NCBI GenBank assembly: GCA_963812375.1
Contig: CAWEUW010000009.1
Coordinates: forward strand, 194,240 to 258,239
From: an uncultured Acidimicrobiia bacterium
GTDB lineage: Bacteria; Actinomycetota; Acidimicrobiia; Spongiisociales; UBA5794
Length of the DNA: 64,000 bases
Direction: 5' to 3'
The notes beneath the pieces are model-generated. The model was not told the DNA's origin, did not search any database, and saw only the letters and a program-made list of their open reading frames with translations. The stretch's first letter is position 1, and every line of letters begins with the position of its first letter. The translations under genes were made by a program, and so were the position numbers. Shown here in pieces: positions 50,110 to 59,797 of this stretch.

Positions 50110-51932
50110 GACTTGTCCGCACCGGCCACGGCGCCGGCGGACCGGGCCTCGGCATCGCGCTCGTACGCCTCGAGGATGCGGGCATAGCCCGGAACGGAGA
50201 CCATGAGATCGGCGTGGGTCCCGTGGGCGATCACCCGTCCGTCGTCGACGAACACCACTTCGTCGGCGAGCATGATCGACGAGCGTCGATAGGCGACCAT
50301 CACCACGGTCGCCGGGAGCTCGGCGACCTTGAGCCGCTCGAGGATCCGGGTCTCCACCGAAGGGTCGACCGCCGAGGTGGCGTCGTCGAGGATGAGGAGC
50401 CGGGGGCGGCGCACCAACGCCCGGGCGAGGGCGATGCGCTGCCGCTGCCCGCCGGACAGCGTGGTGCCCCGCTCACCTACGAGGGTGTCCCACTGCTGGG
50501 GGAGCTGTTCGATGAACCCGGTGGCGCCGGCGACGTCGGCGGCCGCTCGCACCGCGTCGTCGTCGGCGTCGGTGCCGAAGGCGATGTTGCCCCGCACCGT
50601 GTCGTCGAAGAGGAAGGCGTCCTGGCCGACGAAGGCGACCTCGCCGGGCAGGGCGGACCGGGCGAATTCGCGCAGATCGGCGCCGTCGATGGTGATCGAG
50701 CCCGATCCCGGATCCCACAGCCGGGCGAGCAGCGTGACCAGCGTCGATTTTCCCGATCCGGTTGGGCCGACTACGGCCACGACCTTGCCCGATCGGATGT
50801 CGAGGTGCACGTCGAGCAGGACCGGCTGATCGGGTAGGTAGCCGAACCCGATGGAGACACCGTCCACCTCAGCCCCGCTGGGCCACAGCCGGGTCTCCAG
50901 GGTTCCGTACTCGACCAGCTCGTCGGCGGTGAGCACCCGCTGGATCCGCCGCCACGCCGCCGTCGAGTGCGACATGTCCCAGAGCATGAAGCCGATGATG
51001 CGGATGGGGATGAACAACAGAGACAGGAGGTAGGCGATGGTGATCACCTCGCCCGGCGTGACCGCCGCCGCCTCGATGCGGATCGCCCCGGCCACCAGCA
51101 TCACCACGGTGACCACCGACAGCAGACCCTCGACCACCACCCGGTACGTGGAGAAGGTGACCCCGACACTGGTCAACATGCGCCGCAGGTTGTCCGAGGA
51201 CCGCCAGAAACGAGCCGTCTCGGTGTCCTCGCGGCCCAGCGCCTTCACGGTGAGGGCTCCGTCGAAGCTCTCGTGGGCCACCCGGGCCACCCGTCCGCGC
51301 TCCTCCTGAACTTCCTGGTACTGCTCGAAGGTGCGCCAGCTCCCCCGGACATCTATGGAGAGCAGACCGGCCAGGGCTACCAGGGCGATCACCGCCAGCA
51401 GGGGGTCGATGAAGGCGATCATCACCACCGACCCGATCAGCAGCAGGGACGCCCCGGTGGAGAACGGCAGTGGGTTGAGGATGAACGTGGATTGGCTGGT
51501 GTCGGCGTCGGTGACGGCGAGCAGGTCGCCGACGGTCTGTCGCCGGTACCACGACAGCTCCAGGCGCAGGATGCGGTCGATCAGCCCCAGTCGCAGGTCG
51601 GCCTGGTTGGCGAAGAACAGGTAGCTGGCCCCGCTCCGCCTCAGCACGATGGCGGCCGCCTTCCAGGTGGCCACGGCGACGACTGCCCACACCGCCGGCG
51701 CCAGCCGCCCGTCGATCGGTTCGCCCCCGTCGAGCACCGGCACGATCACCTGGTCGGTCGCCCTACCGATCACCACCGCCGAGGCAACGATGGCGCCGGC
51801 GAAGAAAGCAGCCCCGGTGGCGGCGAGGGCGAACGACCACGGGTGCTGCTTGACGAAATAGCCGATCAGCCGCAGCCCGGAGCCGAGGGCGGCGCGCAGC
51901 GTCTGGGGTTGGTCGGACATGAGAACCTGCAC
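50106..51932 (-). CDS. ABC exporter, fused permease/ATPase (heterodimer partner A)
   Basis: Intact 608 aa with GPTGSGKST, LSGGQRQR and LLILDDATSAVD. A 4-nt overlap links it to the downstream partner. Confidence 0.9.
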   Translation of the reverse strand: MQVLMSDQPQTLRAALGSGLRLIGYFVKQHPWSFALAATGAAFFAGAIVASAVVIGRATDQVIVPVLDGGEPIDGRLAPAVWAVVAVATWKAAAIVLRRSGASYLFFANQADLRLGLIDRILRLELSWYRRQTVGDLLAVTDADTSQSTFILNPLPFSTGASLLLIGSVVMIAFIDPLLAVIALVALAGLLSIDVRGSWRTFEQYQEVQEERGRVARVAHESFDGALTVKALGREDTETARFWRSSDNLRRMLTSVGVTFSTYRVVVEGLLSVVTVVMLVAGAIRIEAAAVTPGEVITIAYLLSLLFIPIRIIGFMLWDMSHSTAAWRRIQRVLTADELVEYGTLETRLWPSGAEVDGVSIGFGYLPDQPVLLDVHLDIRSGKVVAVVGPTGSGKSTLVTLLARLWDPGSGSITIDGADLREFARSALPGEVAFVGQDAFLFDDTVRGNIAFGTDADDDAVRAAADVAGATGFIEQLPQQWDTLVGERGTTLSGGQRQRIALARALVRRPRLLILDDATSAVDPSVETRILERLKVAELPATVVMVAYRRSSIMLADEVVFVDDGRVIAHGTHADLMVSVPGYARILEAYERDAEARSAGAVAGADKS

Positions 51933-52001
51933 CGGGGGAGCGGAGCCCCGACTCTACCGGTAGCCCCGACCGTCGCTTGCAGGCATGGGAACGGCCACCG
52001 G

Positions 52002-52650
52002 TCAGGTCGTCGGGGTCCAGCCCGTCGTCTCGCGGAACAGGCGGTTGGACACCGGCTCGCCGTCGGCCACCACGTTGTACAACCCCGCCGGGGCGTCGAG
52101 GGCGGCAACGATCGCCTTGGCCGCGTCACCGATCTCGAGGGTGGTTCCGAAGTAGTCGTCGGGCCCGTCGGACCCGGTGCCGGGCCCGTAGAGGAGCCCG
52201 AGCCGAAGCACGATCCACGGCGCCCGGATTGGGTGAACCGGCTACCGCCTGCTCGGCGACCGGCGCGGTGTTCAGGAAGAAGGGCAGGTCGTCCCTGAGG
52301 GGCGTCGACTCGTCGGACGGCCCGGGCGGGTAGACGAAGGCGACGGTAGGCATGAGGAGCAGGTCGACCGACCCGACCAGGGCGGCCCGGGCCAGGATCG
52401 GCGTCCCCTCGCCCCGCAGTCGGTCGTTCTCCGCCCAGTTCTCCGGCTTACCACGCTGCTCCGGTGGCGGGATCCTGGTGGCGAAATGGAGCACGGCGTC
52501 CGCCGGGGCGACCGCGTCGCGCACCGCGTCCGGGTCGAGCAGGTCCAGGTCGTGATGCCCCGGGGCGTCGACGTCGTGCCCGGCCTCGGTCAGCAAAGGG
52601 ATGGTGTGGCGACCGATGACCCCGGTTCCACCGGTTACGAAGATCTTCAT
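52002..52650 (-). CDS. NAD(P)-binding SDR/epimerase-like protein, frame-disrupted
   Basis: MKIFVTGGTGVIGRHTIPLL (ORF 52126..52650) and the C-terminal LRLGLLYGPGTG...LYNVVADGEPVS (ORF 52002..52211). The frames join near 52215-52260. Confidence 0.7.
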
Positions 52651-52762
52651 GCCGGCGAGCCTACCCAGCCGACGCCGCCCTCTACCAACCCGAGGACATG
52701 GTTCGTCGGTTTCCGAAGACCGCGGCCGGGGAGAGTGACGGTGTCAACTGGGAGGTTTGTCC

Positions 52763-52897
52763 ATGCGATTCCTGCTCGCTGTACTCCTGCTCCTGTCGGT
52801 CCTCGTCCTGGTGAGCTGTGGCTACGGCGACGACAGCGACGACGGTGGTGCCGGCGGGTATGGAGCCTGGGGCGTACCGACCGCCATCTCGGCGTGA
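52763..52897 (+). CDS. possible 44-aa lipoprotein
   Basis: It is below the ORF-track size cut-off. GGAGG lies 7 nt upstream of the ATG. MRFLLAVLLLLSVLVLVSCGYGDDSDDGGAGGYGAWGVPTAISA has a clean lipobox. Confidence 0.35.
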   Translation: MRFLLAVLLLLSVLVLVSCGYGDDSDDGGAGGYGAWGVPTAISA

Positions 52898-52984
52898 CGG
52901 GTAGGTGGCCGCCTCGCCGGTGGGGTTTGCCGTCCCGCGACCGGGAGCGCCGGCCTGGTCGGGCACGTAGCGGGCGCAGGTCCG

Positions 52985-53433
52985 TTAAGAAGCGGGCGCG
53001 GGAGTTGTCACCCCGAGCTGCTGCAGCATGCCCATCGGAGTCCCAGCTGACCCATTCGGAGATCAGTTGGCCACCCCGAACCTCCCAGATGCTGGCGCCT
53101 CCGACCGTGAAAGGTTTGCCGGTGGCGGGCATGCCTATGAATTCGCCCTGATGGCCGTTCATCGTCAGCCCGGCTGACGACCTTACCTTCGGCGATCTGC
53201 TCCTCGACCGTGGCCGTGAGGTCCGGGAACGCCGGGCGTGCGCAGGCGCACGACGAGGTCTTTGAGACCGGAGATGCCCTGTGGAGCGGGCTGGATCACC
53301 CTTCAACCATCGTGAAGGCCGGGTCGCATACGGCGCGATATCGTCCAGCGAGCTCATGTCGCCCTTGCTGACGACTTCACTGAACCACCCCCGTCGCGAC
53401 GACGGCCTTGTTCTCATCGGTGCTCACCCAGAA
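52985..53433 (-). pseudogene. SnoaL-like ester cyclase family, heavily frame-disrupted
   Basis: GGAGG plus GTG at 53433 gives VSTDENKAVVATG. Fragments follow in other frames: SEVVSKGDMSSLDDIAP, CDPAFTMVEG, AFPDLTATVEEQIAEGK and LTMNGHQGEFIGMPATGKPFTVGGASIWEVRGGQLISEWVSWDSDGMLQQLG. Confidence 0.55.
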
Positions 53434-53437
53434 CCTC

Positions 53438-54034
53438 CTATAGCCATTGGGCGGCCAGCGTACATGCGCTGCCGACGCCGCGCTCGAACTCGCCGATCGC
53501 CCGATGGGGCTTCGGGTGCGCCCGCCTGCCTGTCGAGTCGGGGGTGGGGTTACCTCCGGGTCGCCCGGCCGGGTCTCTCGCGGTCGTCTCGCCGGCCGGG
53601 TCGGTCCGGTCCGACAGGCGGGCCGGCGATGTGCGCAGCCACCTCCTGCGCGAGGACGTCCGGCTGGCGCGTGGAACTCCGAGCGCGTGGCGTAGCGCGT
53701 CGTACCACAGTGCCGGGCGCACGGTCTCCTCGCCGGTGAGACCCTCGGCGATCATGACGGCGACGAGGCTGTTGAGTCTGTTGAGCTCTTTCAAGGAGAA
53801 GTCGCCCGCCAGCGTCACCAGCCGGCCGATCTCGGCGGACGGCAGGGCCGCCAGCTTCACGAGCCGGCCGATCTCGGCGGATGAGAGTGCCGCCAGCTTG
53901 CTGAGGCGGGCGGGAGGCAGGGCGGCCAGCTTCGTCAAGTTGGTGGGCGGAATGGCGGCCAGCTTCGACAGGTCGGCGGATGGAATGGCGGCCAGCTTCT
54001 TCAGGTTGGCCACCTCACTGGCGGAGAACATCAT
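53438..54034 (-). CDS. tandem-repeat protein (11/14-residue LxKLAAxP repeats), C-terminal part uncertain
   Basis: GGAGG lies 5 nt before ATGATG at 54034. The sequence is MMFSASEVANLKKLAAIPSADLSKLAAIPPTNLTKLAALPPARLSKLAALSSAEIGRLVKLAALPSAEIGRLVTLAGDFSLKELNRL. The downstream third is R/S/P-rich and probably out of frame. Confidence 0.5.
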   Translation of the reverse strand: MMFSASEVANLKKLAAIPSADLSKLAAIPPTNLTKLAALPPARLSKLAALSSAEIGRLVKLAALPSAEIGRLVTLAGDFSLKELNRLNSLVAVMIAEGLTGEETVRPALWYDALRHALGVPRASRTSSRRRWLRTSPARLSDRTDPAGETTARDPAGRPGGNPTPDSTGRRAHPKPHRAIGEFERGVGSACTLAAQWL

Positions 54035-54690
54035 CAACACCTCCATGTTGTTTCGGATCGTTTCGACGCAGTGGCGATCCCCTGTTCCAGAACGGGTCGA
54101 CCTTCCGGGCGGTGAACTCGGAATGCCCGACGACGTTCTTCCACGACAAGCCGAAATGCTTGGCCACGACCACGGAGGCGAGAACGATCGCGTCGTGCTG
54201 CACATCGGGTCCGACCCATCCCCGGGATGGTCGTTCTCCAGACACCAGAAGAATGAGTTGGCCGAGACCGTGTCGTCCTTTGAGGGGAATGGCTCGTGCC
54301 CGGCAATGAACCCCGTCCGCCGCAGTCTGGGTTGGCGGGTCGCCGGCGACGACCTGATCCCGGACGTCCTCAACGCCGAATCCGGTGCTGAAGTTGCACG
54401 CCTCGAAGGCGATCAGCCACACCGTGCCATCCGGCTTGGTGCGATGTTGCACTTGATCCTCCCGGTTTTCGACACCGGCGAGATCGTCGAGCGAGAACGG
54501 CACTGGTGGGCCGGTGTGGTGCTCCAAGATCCCCACGGGGGGCGCCAAAATTCCAGGAGCCTCCCCGGGTCTCCCAGCCGTCGAACTCCTTGACGGTGAG
54601 TCCGGCGTCCCCGACTCCGCAGCCAGCTCAGCGGCGCCCATAGCCCCTGCCTTCCGACTCGGCGACCCACGACCTCACCATCCTACGAAG
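54015..54690 (-). pseudogene. Amidase_2/PGRP-type peptidoglycan amidase (endolysin-like), frame-disrupted
   Basis: Fragments lie in three frames: GLTVKEFDGWETRGGSWNFGAP; GILEHHTGPPVPF...TVWLIAFEACNF; FIAGHEPFPSKDD...NSFFWCLEN; and GPDVQHDAIVLASVVVAKHFGLSWKNVVGHSEFTARKVDPF. Confidence 0.55.
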
Positions 54691-54787
54691 CGAGAACGGC
54701 TCCGTGCTGGCAGAAAGTGCCTCCAGTGGCGGAGCCTTTGTATTCGCTGTCTGTCTGTGCCCGGAACATGGGCTGCGTACGATCGTC

Positions 54788-55229
54788 TCAGCTAGGGGCC
54801 TGCAGGCGCAGCGTCAGCTTGCCGCCAGTCTCGGGAGACACCCACACGTCGAGGTCGCAGGAGTCTTGGCCGAGGGGACCCTCACCGTCTTGGTGTGGGT
54901 TGCACCCTTGGCGATGGTGACCTCGTAGCTGCCCGATGTGGTCGAGTAGTCCCAACCCTTGTCACACCAGCGGTCCCAGAACACCGAGAAGGTGCGCTTG
55001 GTGGTGGCCTGGTTCACAACCTGGAACGCAGTTGCCGTGGCTTCGCCTTCTGTGGTGGCCTCCACTCTGATATCCGGGGCCTTGCCGGTGGCCCAGGCCG
55101 AGCCGATGGTTCGCCAGGTCGCTGCTCTCGCTTCACCGCCACCGGTGGCGAGCAGGAGAGTGGGGACGAGAACGAGGAGGGCGAGGGCGGATCGTGGAGC
55201 CTCCGGCTCCACACAGCTGAGAACGTCAT
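54788..55229 (-). CDS. small secreted protein of unknown function (probable frameshifts at both ends)
   Basis: ORF 54814..55212 has a signal-like RSALALLVLVPTLLLATGG. A more natural C-terminus LGQDSCDLDVWVSPETGGKLTLRLQAPS* is in another frame and ends at 54788. An ATG with GGAAA RBS at 55229 is in a third frame. Confidence 0.5.
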
Positions 55230-55404
55230 GGTTGGTTTCCTTGTTGGGAGGGGTGCTGACGAATGTGTGACACCGGACGCGCCGATTTCTTGCAGGGGCG
55301 AGCTAGGTCGAACGACCATTCCGTCACTCACCGACCTCGGGGGCGAGTGACCGTCCCAGGTCCGCCGTCGGCGCTCGACCTCGTCGGCCACCGTCCTTAG
55401 ACGA

Positions 55405-56040
55405 CTATTCCGAGGCTCCGGGCTGGAGTAGGCCGACCTGGCAGAAGCCGTGGTTGCAATACCCATTCGGGTCTTGGCGAGGTATTGCTGGTGGTAGGCC
55501 TCGGCGTAGAAGAACGGGCCGGCGCGAGGATCTCGGTGGTGATATCGCCGTACCCGGAGCCGCCCAGCAGCTCCTGGTACAGGTCCCTCGACCGCTTGGC
55601 CACCTCGCGTTGCCCGTCGGTGGTGAGTAGATGCCGGACCGGTACTGGGTGCCGACGTCATTTCCCTGGCGCATGCCCTGCGTGGGGTCGTGGTTCTCCC
55701 AGAACGCCGGAGCAAGGTCTCGAACGCACCTTCGCCGGGTCGAAACGACCAGCGCCACCTCGTTGTGCCCGGTGCGCCCGGTGCATACCTCCTCGTAGCA
55801 GGGGTTGGCGTGAAACCGCCGGCGTAACCGGCGCGGTGGTGTACACGCCCGGGACCTTCCAGAAGATCCGTCCGCCCCCCAGAAGCACCCCATACCGAAG
55901 AGCACGGTCTCGTGACCCTCGGGCCAGGGTGGCTTGGTCGGCGTGCCGAGCACGAAATGGGTGTCAGGAACCTGGATGGCCTCGGATCGGCCGGGGAGTG
56001 CCTTGCCGGCATCGGGCATGGTGGTCATCTTGTTGAACAT
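55405..56040 (-). pseudogene. msrA: peptide-methionine (S)-S-oxide reductase MsrA, heavily frame-disrupted
   Basis: GGAGG plus ATG at 56040. The catalytic GMGCFWG is present. Further MsrA blocks sit in alternating frames: [64 protein letters not shown] and FFYAEAYHQQYLAK. Confidence 0.8.
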
Positions 56041-56166
56041 CGGCCCTCCTGCGGTTTTCCCTGATCTTCGCACGGCTCAACAACTCGTGGGGCGTCGATA
56101 TGCCGGCGGTCGGCGCCGTCGCGAGCCGGTACCCTGACACCGGCGGAGGAGAGCGAGGAGGCGCGG

Positions 56167-56880
56167 TTGGACCGGATGACAGGGCTGAGCAACCTGCTCG
56201 ACCTCCAGGAGGTGGACACCGAGATCGACCGCCTCCGCCACGAGCGGCAGTCGCTTCCGGTGCTCGAGGAGTACCGGGCGGCGCACCAGCACCTCACCGG
56301 CCTGACCGTGGAACGCTACCGGACCGCCGCCGACCTCCGGCAGACGTCACTCGATCTCGACCGGGTCTCCGGTGAGTTCGACCTCAACGAGGCGAGGGTG
56401 GCTGCGGAGCAGAACCGCCTCTACGCCGGTGGGCTGAGTGCCCGGGACGCCGACTACCTCCGCCGCGAGGTCGAGATGCTCAAGAACCAGCAACGAGACC
56501 GCGAGGAGGGCGTCCTCGTTCTCATGGACCGCAAGGACCAGCTCGGCGTCGGCTTGGAACGCCTCGAAGCCGAGGTGGCTGCCGCCGAGGCGTTGAAGGG
56601 GGAGCGCGAGGCGGTGATCAGCGCCGCCTGGGCGGACATCGACGCCAAGCTCGCCGTCCATCAGGGACACCGTGGCGAGGTGGTGGCCTCGATCGACCCG
56701 GACGTCCTCGAGCTGTACGAGTCGATCCGGCCAACGATGGATGACGGGGTCGCCGCCGCCCGGCTGAACGACGGGGTGTGCGGCGCCTGCCATCTGCGGC
56801 TCGCCGCCCCCGAGCGGATCGAGGCGTTGCGCGCCGACCCGCCCCGATGCGTGCACTGCCGGGCGATCCTCGTCCCGTGA
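56167..56880 (+). CDS. C4-type zinc-ribbon coiled-coil protein (DUF164/COG1579-like)
   Basis: Intact 237 aa with LLDLQEVDTEIDRLRHE, a long coiled coil, and C-terminal CGACHLRL...CVHCRAILV. Confidence 0.85.
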   Translation: MDRMTGLSNLLDLQEVDTEIDRLRHERQSLPVLEEYRAAHQHLTGLTVERYRTAADLRQTSLDLDRVSGEFDLNEARVAAEQNRLYAGGLSARDADYLRREVEMLKNQQRDREEGVLVLMDRKDQLGVGLERLEAEVAAAEALKGEREAVISAAWADIDAKLAVHQGHRGEVVASIDPDVLELYESIRPTMDDGVAAARLNDGVCGACHLRLAAPERIEALRADPPRCVHCRAILVP

Positions 56881-56908
56881 CGCCCGGGAAAGGGCGTGGG
56901 GCCGCCCG

Positions 56909-57445
56909 GTGATCTTCTGGCATGCCGGGGCGACGATCGTGATGACCCGGGCCACGTTCCGAGATCCCCGGATGGATCTCCGGTTCCTCGTCCTCGGGGC
57001 TCTCCTCGCCGACGTGGTCGACACCCCGGTCGGGCTGGCCCTCTTCGACCGGTTCCACACGGTGCGACTGGTCACGCACACCCTGCTGGTCTCCGCCGTC
57101 GTGATGGTGGCGGTGGTGATGCGCACCAGACGTGGCCGGCCCCGGAAACGGTGGATGCTGATCGCCATCGGCATGCTGCTCCACCTCATTCTCGATGCCA
57201 TGTGGCAGGACCAGGAGACGCTCTGGTGGCCCTTCCTCGGCGTCGGCTTCACCCCGTCGGGAGCGGCATCGGCAGGGGACTACGTGATCTCGGTGCTCAC
57301 CGATCCGCGGGTGTGGCTGATGGAGGCGATCGGCCTCGCCTACCTCGTCGTGCTCGCCGGTCGCGCGCGGCTCCTGGACCCGGTGGTTCGGAGCCGGTTC
57401 CTCGCCACGGGGACGGTGGACGTCCCCATCGACCGGTCAGGTTGA
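56909..57445 (+). CDS. membrane-bound metal-dependent hydrolase-like protein (DUF457/YdjM-like)
   Basis: Intact 178 aa with 4-5 TM segments. Conserved His/Asp positions (THTLL, HLILDAMW) resemble DUF457. Confidence 0.65.
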   Translation: MIFWHAGATIVMTRATFRDPRMDLRFLVLGALLADVVDTPVGLALFDRFHTVRLVTHTLLVSAVVMVAVVMRTRRGRPRKRWMLIAIGMLLHLILDAMWQDQETLWWPFLGVGFTPSGAASAGDYVISVLTDPRVWLMEAIGLAYLVVLAGRARLLDPVVRSRFLATGTVDVPIDRSG

Positions 57446-57844
57446 CGACCCGGTCTTGTTCTCCCGCTGATCCCTGGCCATGTGGACGCTGCGGATGGTC
57501 AACTGCACCACCACGACGACCAGCAGGGCGGCGTAGAGGCGGCGGAGCACGGTGCCGTCGAGCGACAGGGCCAACCGGGACCCGGCGAGAGCGCCGACGA
57601 TCCCGGCGAGGCCAACGGCGACCGCCGTCGGCCAGACCACGCGGCGGTGGCGATGGTGGACCCAGGTGCCGACGATGGCGGTGGGGAGGATCACCGCCAG
57701 CGAAGTTCCCTCGGCGAGGTGCTGCCCGAACCCGGCGACAAGCACAAGGGCGGGAACGAAGATCACGCCGCCCCCGATGCCCAGCGACGCCCCCAACGCA
57801 CCGGCGACCAGCCCGATGACGACGAGGGCGATGGCGGTGGTCAC
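57437..57844 (-). CDS. TauE/SafE-family anion exporter, C-terminal half-size gene
   Basis: GTG at 57844 forms a GTGA overlap with the upstream stop. VTTAIALVVIGLVAGALGASLGIGGGVIFVPALVLVAGFGQHLAEGTS is the TauE signature. Confidence 0.7.
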   Translation of the reverse strand: MTTAIALVVIGLVAGALGASLGIGGGVIFVPALVLVAGFGQHLAEGTSLAVILPTAIVGTWVHHRHRRVVWPTAVAVGLAGIVGALAGSRLALSLDGTVLRRLYAALLVVVVVQLTIRSVHMARDQRENKTGSST

Positions 57845-58199
57845 GTGATCGCCAGCCGCGCCACGGTGAACACCAGCAGCAGGATGAAGCCACGCAGCAG
57901 CCACAGCTCGGAGATGTGGTCGAGGTAGCGGGCTCCCAGCCAGGCCCCCAGCCCGGCACCGGCGAGCAGCGCCAGGGCGGCCGGCACGTCCACCTCACCG
58001 CCGGCGGCGAACCCGACTACGGCTGCCGCCGACGAGGCGACGATCGTCGCCGTCGACGTGCCCGATGCCTGGTGCTGGGAGAAGCCGAGCAGCAGCACCA
58101 GCCCCGGGACAACGATGACGCCGCCGCCGACCCCGAACAGGCCGCCGATGAACCCGGCGGTGAGCCCGATCCCCAGCGCCCGGCCCTGCGACCACACCG
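57841..58199 (-). CDS. TauE/SafE-family anion exporter, N-terminal half-size gene
   Basis: GTG at about 58199. LGIGLTAGFIGGLFGVGGGVIVVPGLVLLLGFSQHQASGTS is the same signature as in the downstream half. Confidence 0.65.
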
Positions 58200-58250
58200 G
58201 GGCGAGTGTACGAGGTCGGCCGTGCGGAGGGCATCGGTAGGCTCGTCGAC

Positions 58251-58917
58251 CATGCGGGAAAGGTTCGCCCTGCTCGCCCTCCCCCTCATGCTCGTCTTCC
58301 TGGCGGGTGGGTGCGGGGGTGAGGCGACTTCCGAGACCGAAGTCCCGGTCACGCCGATCGCCGCCGTGGCCGACTGGCTCGGGGCGATCGCCGACGACGA
58401 CCTCGACACCATCGACCGGCTGGTGGACCCGGTCGACCTCGCCCTGCTCGCCGGCGCCGAGAACGCATTCACCCGGGAGCAGCTCGCCGCGGTCGCCGCC
58501 ACCGGGCTCCCGGAGGCCACCCGTTCCTCGTACTGGCAGAGCTTCGCCGATGGATTCGCGGAAGTCCTCGGGATGCCGTTGGACGAGGTGACCATCGTCG
58601 GGGCCGAGGAGTTCACGTCCGCAGGAGAGCGGTACGCCGCCGTCACCGTTGGCGTCGGCGATGCCACCACCGAGGTGATCACCCACCTGGTCGACGGAGC
58701 CTGGCAGGTCGACCTGGTCGCGACGGCAGGCCCGGCGCTCGCCGTGCCGATCCGGCGACTCGTCACCGACCTGGCCGCCTCCGAGGACGAGGCCACCGCC
58801 CGAACCTACGCCCGGGCGGCCATCGCCTCGCTCGGCGCCGCCCACGCCTGGTCGGCCGACCGCAGCCTCGAGTTGGAGCTCGAAGCGATCGAGGGCCTGG
58901 CCATAGCCACCGAATGA
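58251..58917 (+). CDS. lipoprotein of unknown function
   Basis: MRERFALLALPLMLVFLAGGCGG (lipobox) lies within ORF 57916..58917, and the rest has natural composition. Confidence 0.75.
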
Positions 58918-58940
58918 CGCCGGGACGGTGGAGGGTGGAT

Positions 58941-59299
58941 GACGAGCCCGGGTGTAAGCCGGATTCTGTCTAGGGCGACCATCTCTCTCGACCACGGCAT
59001 TGCTGCCGGGTTCCTTGCGGCCCACCTGGGACGTGACGGGCGGGCCACCCTGTCCCTGCTTGGCCTTGCTCCGGATGGGGTTTACCGAGCCGCCCCGGTC
59101 ACCCGGGGCGCTGGTGGTCTCTTACACCACCGTTTCAGCCTTGCCTGTGGCCGTGAGGCCCATCGGCGGTCTGCTCTCTGTTGCACTTTCCGTCGGGTCG
59201 CCCCGCCTGGGTGTTACCCAGCATCCTGCCCTGTGGAGTCCGGACTTTCCTCGACCCGCCTCCGAAGAGGCGGAACCGCGGTCGCCTCCCGGGCTCGTC
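58941..59299 (-). ncRNA. rnpB: RNase P RNA, bacterial type A
   Basis: The minus strand contains GAGGAAAGTCCGGACTCCACAGGGCAGGATGCTGGGTAAC, AGTGCAACAGAGAGCAGACCGCCGATGG, GGTAAACCCCATCCGGAGCAAGGCCAA and ACAGAATCCGGCTTA. All match the E. coli M1 RNA conserved blocks. P1 pairs GACGAGCCCGGG with CCCGGGCTCGTC. Confidence 0.9.
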
Positions 59300-59356
59300 G
59301 ATGCAACGGTAGACCGGAGCGGCCGATTCCGGGACGGTCCGGCTCGAGGACAACGC

Positions 59357-59797
59357 TCAGGTGCGCAGCTCTTCGAGGCCGGCGATCCAGCCGGCGGGGA
59401 GCGCCCAGTGGCGCGATCCGTCCAGCATGAGGTCGACGTAGGCGGCCGACGGCTGTTGGCCGTTCCCGCTGCCGGAGGCGGGGGCGACATGGACGGTGAC
59501 CGTGTGCCGTTTGCCGGTGCGGTCGATCACCTGGGTGGTCGAGGCCGTCCGTCCCTCGGCGACCTCGGCCTCGTCGAGGGCGGGGAACTCGGGCTCGGGG
59601 ACGGCGAACACCGCCCCCCACACCGTGGCGGCCGGGTTGGAGATGAGGCTGGGGAGGCCACCACCCCAGCCACCGCCGGCGATGGGCCATTCGAGGCCGT
59701 GCTCGGGAAGATGGGCGATGAAGCGGAACTCGGCTCCCGGGGCGGCGGCGGCCATTCGCACCGGGTCGATGCGCGCGGTGTACGCGAAATAGAGCAC
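59357..59797 (-). CDS. gamma-glutamylcyclotransferase (AIG2/GGCT-like) family protein
   Basis: Intact 146 aa with an MLYFAYTARIDP start (YGS-like motif region) and a VWGAVF core typical of the GGCT fold. Confidence 0.7.
   Translation of the reverse strand: MLYFAYTARIDPVRMAAAAPGAEFRFIAHLPEHGLEWPIAGGGWGGGLPSLISNPAATVWGAVFAVPEPEFPALDEAEVAEGRTASTTQVIDRTGKRHTVTVHVAPASGSGNGQQPSAAYVDLMLDGSRHWALPAGWIAGLEELRT

Noticed and set aside
52647-53417. 256-aa minus-strand ORF as an intact protein
   Set aside because: Only short pieces look natural, such as GEFIGMPATGKPFTVGGASIWEVRGGQLISEWVSWDSDG. The rest is R/S/P-rich read-through. It is better explained as a multiply frameshifted SnoaL-type ester cyclase.
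52650-55400. Intact prophage or active mobile element
   Set aside because: There is no integrase, recombinase, transposase, terminase, capsid or tail gene, and no flanking att-like repeats. Only an endolysin-like amidase remnant is present.
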